From UHGV virus genome UHGV-1637875: a stretch of DNA of 34,462 nt. One strand, written 5' to 3'. Both the position numbers and the translations under genes were made by a program. Positions 31,216 to 34,462 of this stretch are shown here, in pieces (position 1 is the stretch's first letter; each line of letters opens with the position of its first letter). The stretch is from a virus. The notes below the pieces were generated by a model, which made no database searches, had not been told where the DNA came from, and was given only the letters and a program-made list of their open reading frames with translations.

Positions 31216-31666
31216 GTTAGAGATAAGAAGCAATTTCAAATGGCCATCATGCGCATTAAGTAATTTCGCCCAATGGCCTTTTGTTATGGATGGTATCCAA
31301 TTTGGAGGTCTTGAAGGATTTCTCCAAGGATGTAAGGTGAAAAATGTTGAACAGCAGCGTCGTGTATTTGGGTTATCCGGGCTTGCCGCCCAACAAGCTG
31401 GAAGGTCTTATGCTAGAGCTCAGGACCGTGGGACCCTCTTCTGGCTCGGAGTTCCGTTTTCAAGATACTCTCCAGCGTGGAAAGAATTATACACAAATGC
31501 GTATTTTGAGGCAGCGATTCAAAACAAGGGCTTTCGTGATGCATTACAAGCCTCGAAAGGAAAAGTTTTGAAGCACAGCATGGCTAGTAGTCTAACAAAA
31601 GATGATACAATACTAACCGAAGCTGAATTTATTGATGTGTTAAACCTATTAAGAGACTCTCTATGA
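31208..31666 (+). CDS. NADAR-family (YbiA-like) protein, putative ADP-ribose/N-glycosidic hydrolase
   Basis: 152 aa from the ATG at 31208. N-terminal SNF...WPF...DG...F...GCK resembles the YbiA/NADAR signature. Seventh of the nine ORFs between rIII and gene 30, positionally equivalent to T4 30.3. Confidence 0.6.
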   Translation: MPELEIRSNFKWPSCALSNFAQWPFVMDGIQFGGLEGFLQGCKVKNVEQQRRVFGLSGLAAQQAGRSYARAQDRGTLFWLGVPFSRYSPAWKELYTNAYFEAAIQNKGFRDALQASKGKVLKHSMASSLTKDDTILTEAEFIDVLNLLRDSL

Positions 31667-32499
31667 AGCCTACTATTTTGACTGATATTGATGGTGTATG
31701 TTTAAGCTGGCAATCAGGTCTTCCTTATTTTGCCCAAAAATATAATCTTCCGTTAGAACATATTTTAAAAATGATTCAGGACGAAAAATTTATTTCTCCT
31801 GGTAAGCTCTTTAATTGCGATGAAGAACTTGGTGTTAAATTAATCGAAAAGTATAATCGTTCAGATTTTATTCGCTATTTGTCTCCGTATAAAGATGCCC
31901 TGTGTGTAATTAACAAATTAAAAGAAGATTATAATTTTGTAGCTGTTACAGCATTGGGTGATTCTATTGACGCTCTGCTAAATCGTCAATTTAATTTGAA
32001 TGCTCTTTTTCCTGGTGCCTTCTCAGAAGTATTGATGTGTGGTCATGATTCTTCAAAAGAAGAGTTGTTCAAAAAGGCAAAAGAGAAATATAACGTAATT
32101 TGTTATATTGACGATCTCGCTCACCACTGCGATCACGCGAGTGAAATATTAAATGTTCCTGTTTATTGGATGGCTCGAGGGGAGCGTGACAGTATTCCAA
32201 AAACTGCGCAGCGAGTTTATACATGGAATGATGTAGAGAATAAGCTTTTTCCATCGAAGGAAAATAAAGAAAGTTTTGATAGTGAAAAAGCTATAAAAGA
32301 TGTAATTGAAAAGATGATTAAAAACGATTCTTTTCCTTGGAACACTACCTGGAGAACTCCTGGATTTAATCCTTATAATCTATATCATCCATATCAGACG
32401 CATCCGTTTCAGACATGGAACTATATTAAACCCGGTGGCATAGAGTATTTGTATAATAGACCTACTAGTGGTGATAATATTTTCCAAGGAGCATTCTAA
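31663..32499 (+). CDS. HAD-superfamily-like hydrolase (putative phosphatase) with C-terminal extension
   Basis: 278 aa; N-terminal ILTDIDGV fits HAD motif I (DxDG); a later CYIDD resembles motif IV; start overlaps the NADAR stop (ATGA). Confidence 0.55.
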   Translation: MKPTILTDIDGVCLSWQSGLPYFAQKYNLPLEHILKMIQDEKFISPGKLFNCDEELGVKLIEKYNRSDFIRYLSPYKDALCVINKLKEDYNFVAVTALGDSIDALLNRQFNLNALFPGAFSEVLMCGHDSSKEELFKKAKEKYNVICYIDDLAHHCDHASEILNVPVYWMARGERDSIPKTAQRVYTWNDVENKLFPSKENKESFDSEKAIKDVIEKMIKNDSFPWNTTWRTPGFNPYNLYHPYQTHPFQTWNYIKPGGIEYLYNRPTSGDNIFQGAF

Positions 32500-32768
32500 T
32501 GTTTGTTGTTCATACTATTTATGAAAATGAAGGTAATACTACACGTGATTACGGTCATGTAAATCAATTTTTTAGATGCAATCCAGAATTCCGAGCTCAA
32601 AAAGACGAACGAATTTTTAAAAAATGTGTAGAGCAAGGTTTCATTTACGTCAAGCACTGGATGCAAGGAAATAAAGTTAGAACCACGTACCACAAGTCTT
32701 TGACTGAGCTTAATGATGAATTGATTTATAATAGAGCTGTAAACCAAACTCTAAAGGATGAACAATGA
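32499..32768 (+). CDS. Hypothetical protein
   Basis: 89-aa ORF with an AAGGA ribosome-binding site, immediately upstream of the ligase gene. Confidence 0.6.
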   Translation: MFVVHTIYENEGNTTRDYGHVNQFFRCNPEFRAQKDERIFKKCVEQGFIYVKHWMQGNKVRTTYHKSLTELNDELIYNRAVNQTLKDEQ

Positions 32769-34228
32769 TTCTTAAAATTCTGAACGAAATAGCATCTATT
32801 GGTTCAACTAAGCAGAAGCAAGCAATTCTTGAAAAGAATAAAGATAATGAATTGCTTAAACGAGTATATCGTCTGACTTATTCTCGTGGGTTACAGTATT
32901 ATATCAAGAAATGGCCTAAACCTGGTATTGCTACCCAGAGTTTTGGAATGTTGACTCTTACCGATATGCTTGACTTCATTGAATTCACGTTAGCTACTCG
33001 GAAATTGACCGGAAATGCGGCAATTGAGGAATTAACTGGATATATTGCTGACGGTAAAAAAGATGATGTTGAAGTTTTGCGTCGGGTGATGATGCGAGAC
33101 CTTGAATGCGGTGCTTCAGTATCTATTGCAAACAAAGTTTGGCCAGGTTTAATTCCTGAACAACCTCAAATGCTGGCAAGTTCTTATGATGAAAAAGGCA
33201 TTAGTAAGAATATCAAGTTTCCAGCTTTTGCGCAGTTAAAAGCTGATGGAGCTCGGTGCTTTGCTGAAGTCAGAGGTGATGAATTAGATGATGTTCGTCT
33301 TTTATCACGAGCTGGTAATGAATATCTAGGATTAGATCTTCTCAAGGAAGAGTTAATCAAAATGACTGCAGAAGCTCGCCAGATTCATCCAGAAGGTGTG
33401 TTAATTGATGGCGAATTGGTATACCATGAGCAAGTTGAAAAGGAACCAGAAGGCCTAGATTTTCTTTTTGATGCTTATCCTGAAATTAGTAAAGCTAAAG
33501 AATTCGCCGAAGTAGCTGAATCACGTACTACTTCTAATGGAATCGCTAATAAATCTTTAAAGGGAACCATTTCTGAAAAAGAAGCTCAATGCATGAAGTT
33601 TCAGGTCTGGGATTATGTCCCGTTGGTAGAAATATACGGTCTTCCTGCATTTCGTTTGAAATATGATGTACGTTTTTCTAAACTAGAACAAATGACATCA
33701 GGTTATGATAAAGTAATTTTAATTGAAAACCAGGTAGTAAATAACCTAGATGAAGCTAAGGTAATTTATAAAAAGTATATTGACCAAGGTCTTGAAGGTA
33801 TTATTCTCAAAAATATCGATGGATTATGGGAAAATGCTCGTTCAAAAAATCTTTATAAATTTAAAGAAGTAATTGATGTTGATTTAAAAATTGTAGGAAT
33901 TTATCCTCACCGTAAAGACCCTACTAAAGCGGGTGGATTTATTCTTGAGTCAGAGTGTGGAAAAATTAAAGTAAATGCTGGTTCAGGCTTAAAAGATAAA
34001 GCTGGTGTAAAATCGCATGAACTTGACCGTACTCGCATTATGGAAAACCAAAATTATTATATTGGAAAAATTCTAGAGTGCGAATGCAACGGTTGGTTAA
34101 AATCTGATGGCCGCACTGATTACGTTAAATTATTTCTTCCGATTGCGATTCGTTTACGTGAAGATAAAACTAAAGCTAATACATTCGAGGATGTATTTGG
34201 CGATTTTCATGAGGTAACTGGTTTATGA
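32765..34228 (+). CDS. 30: ATP-dependent DNA ligase
   Basis: 487 aa, the same length as T4 ligase; adenylation motif KADGAR; MILKILNEIASIGSTKQKQAILEKNKDNELLKRVYRLTYSRGLQYYIKK.... Confidence 0.95.
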   Translation: MILKILNEIASIGSTKQKQAILEKNKDNELLKRVYRLTYSRGLQYYIKKWPKPGIATQSFGMLTLTDMLDFIEFTLATRKLTGNAAIEELTGYIADGKKDDVEVLRRVMMRDLECGASVSIANKVWPGLIPEQPQMLASSYDEKGISKNIKFPAFAQLKADGARCFAEVRGDELDDVRLLSRAGNEYLGLDLLKEELIKMTAEARQIHPEGVLIDGELVYHEQVEKEPEGLDFLFDAYPEISKAKEFAEVAESRTTSNGIANKSLKGTISEKEAQCMKFQVWDYVPLVEIYGLPAFRLKYDVRFSKLEQMTSGYDKVILIENQVVNNLDEAKVIYKKYIDQGLEGIILKNIDGLWENARSKNLYKFKEVIDVDLKIVGIYPHRKDPTKAGGFILESECGKIKVNAGSGLKDKAGVKSHELDRTRIMENQNYYIGKILECECNGWLKSDGRTDYVKLFLPIAIRLREDKTKANTFEDVFGDFHEVTGL

Positions 34229-34413
34229 AAGCTTACTTAGAAACAATTGTCATTGCTCAAAAAGAAGGTGGAGATGTTTCTACTTCTGTATCACAAGTCA
34301 TTCTCGAATTTGTAGATGCATATGCTTACAATAAATTTACAGAAACATTTGATGCCTATGAAAAAGGACCAAAGTTTGAAATATATCGTGCTCTCTTACC
34401 ACTAGATTACTAA
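34225..34413 (+). CDS. Hypothetical protein downstream of ligase
   Basis: 62-aa ORF with a GAGGT ribosome-binding site; ATGA overlap with the ligase stop; followed by a hairpin. Confidence 0.6.
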   Translation: MKAYLETIVIAQKEGGDVSTSVSQVILEFVDAYAYNKFTETFDAYEKGPKFEIYRALLPLDY

Positions 34414-34435
34414 AGGCCTTCGGGCCTTTAATTTT
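34413..34435 (+). terminator. Hairpin terminator (UUCG tetraloop) at the end of the early ligase transcription unit
   Basis: aaggcc-ttcg-ggcctt followed by taatttt; could terminate in both directions. Confidence 0.55.
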
Positions 34436-34462
34436 ATAAATAGAATAAACACTAGAGAGAGA

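Noticed and set aside
34435-34442. TATAAATA on the plus strand after the last hairpin
   Set aside because: Late genes in this region should be transcribed on the minus strand, and the octamer is expected several times by chance at this AT content; nothing downstream in the window supports it.

Overview
This window reads as a contiguous segment of a T4-like (T-even, Tequatrovirus-type) myovirus genome, with nearly every gene recognisable by order and sequence. The minus strand carries the late long-tail-fibre operon 34-35-36-37-38: gene 37 has a C-terminal self-cleaving intramolecular-chaperone domain and gene 38 (truncated at the window edge) is a T2-type glycine-rich adhesin, so the receptor-recognition module is T2/T6-like rather than T4-like. 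The plus strand carries the early/middle cluster rnh-dsbA-33-59-(GIY-YIG endonuclease)-32-frd-td-nrdA-(HNH endonuclease)-nrdB-denA-rnlA-alc-spanins-pseT-cd-31-rIII-(nine small ORFs)-30 (DNA ligase). td and nrdB are intronless. Small-ORF accessory regions are punctuated by early promoters whose -10 box sits inside a stem-loop, by UUCG-tetraloop hairpins and by short GC-rich intercistronic hairpins. I found no tRNA, rRNA or CRISPR. The most interesting candidates are a 417-bp cassette with an unknown 115-aa ORF inserted between frd and td, a NADAR plus HAD-like gene pair next to the ligase, the T2-type adhesin module, and duplicated small early ORFs. All calls rest on reading the sequence and on recalled T4 biology; no database search was run.
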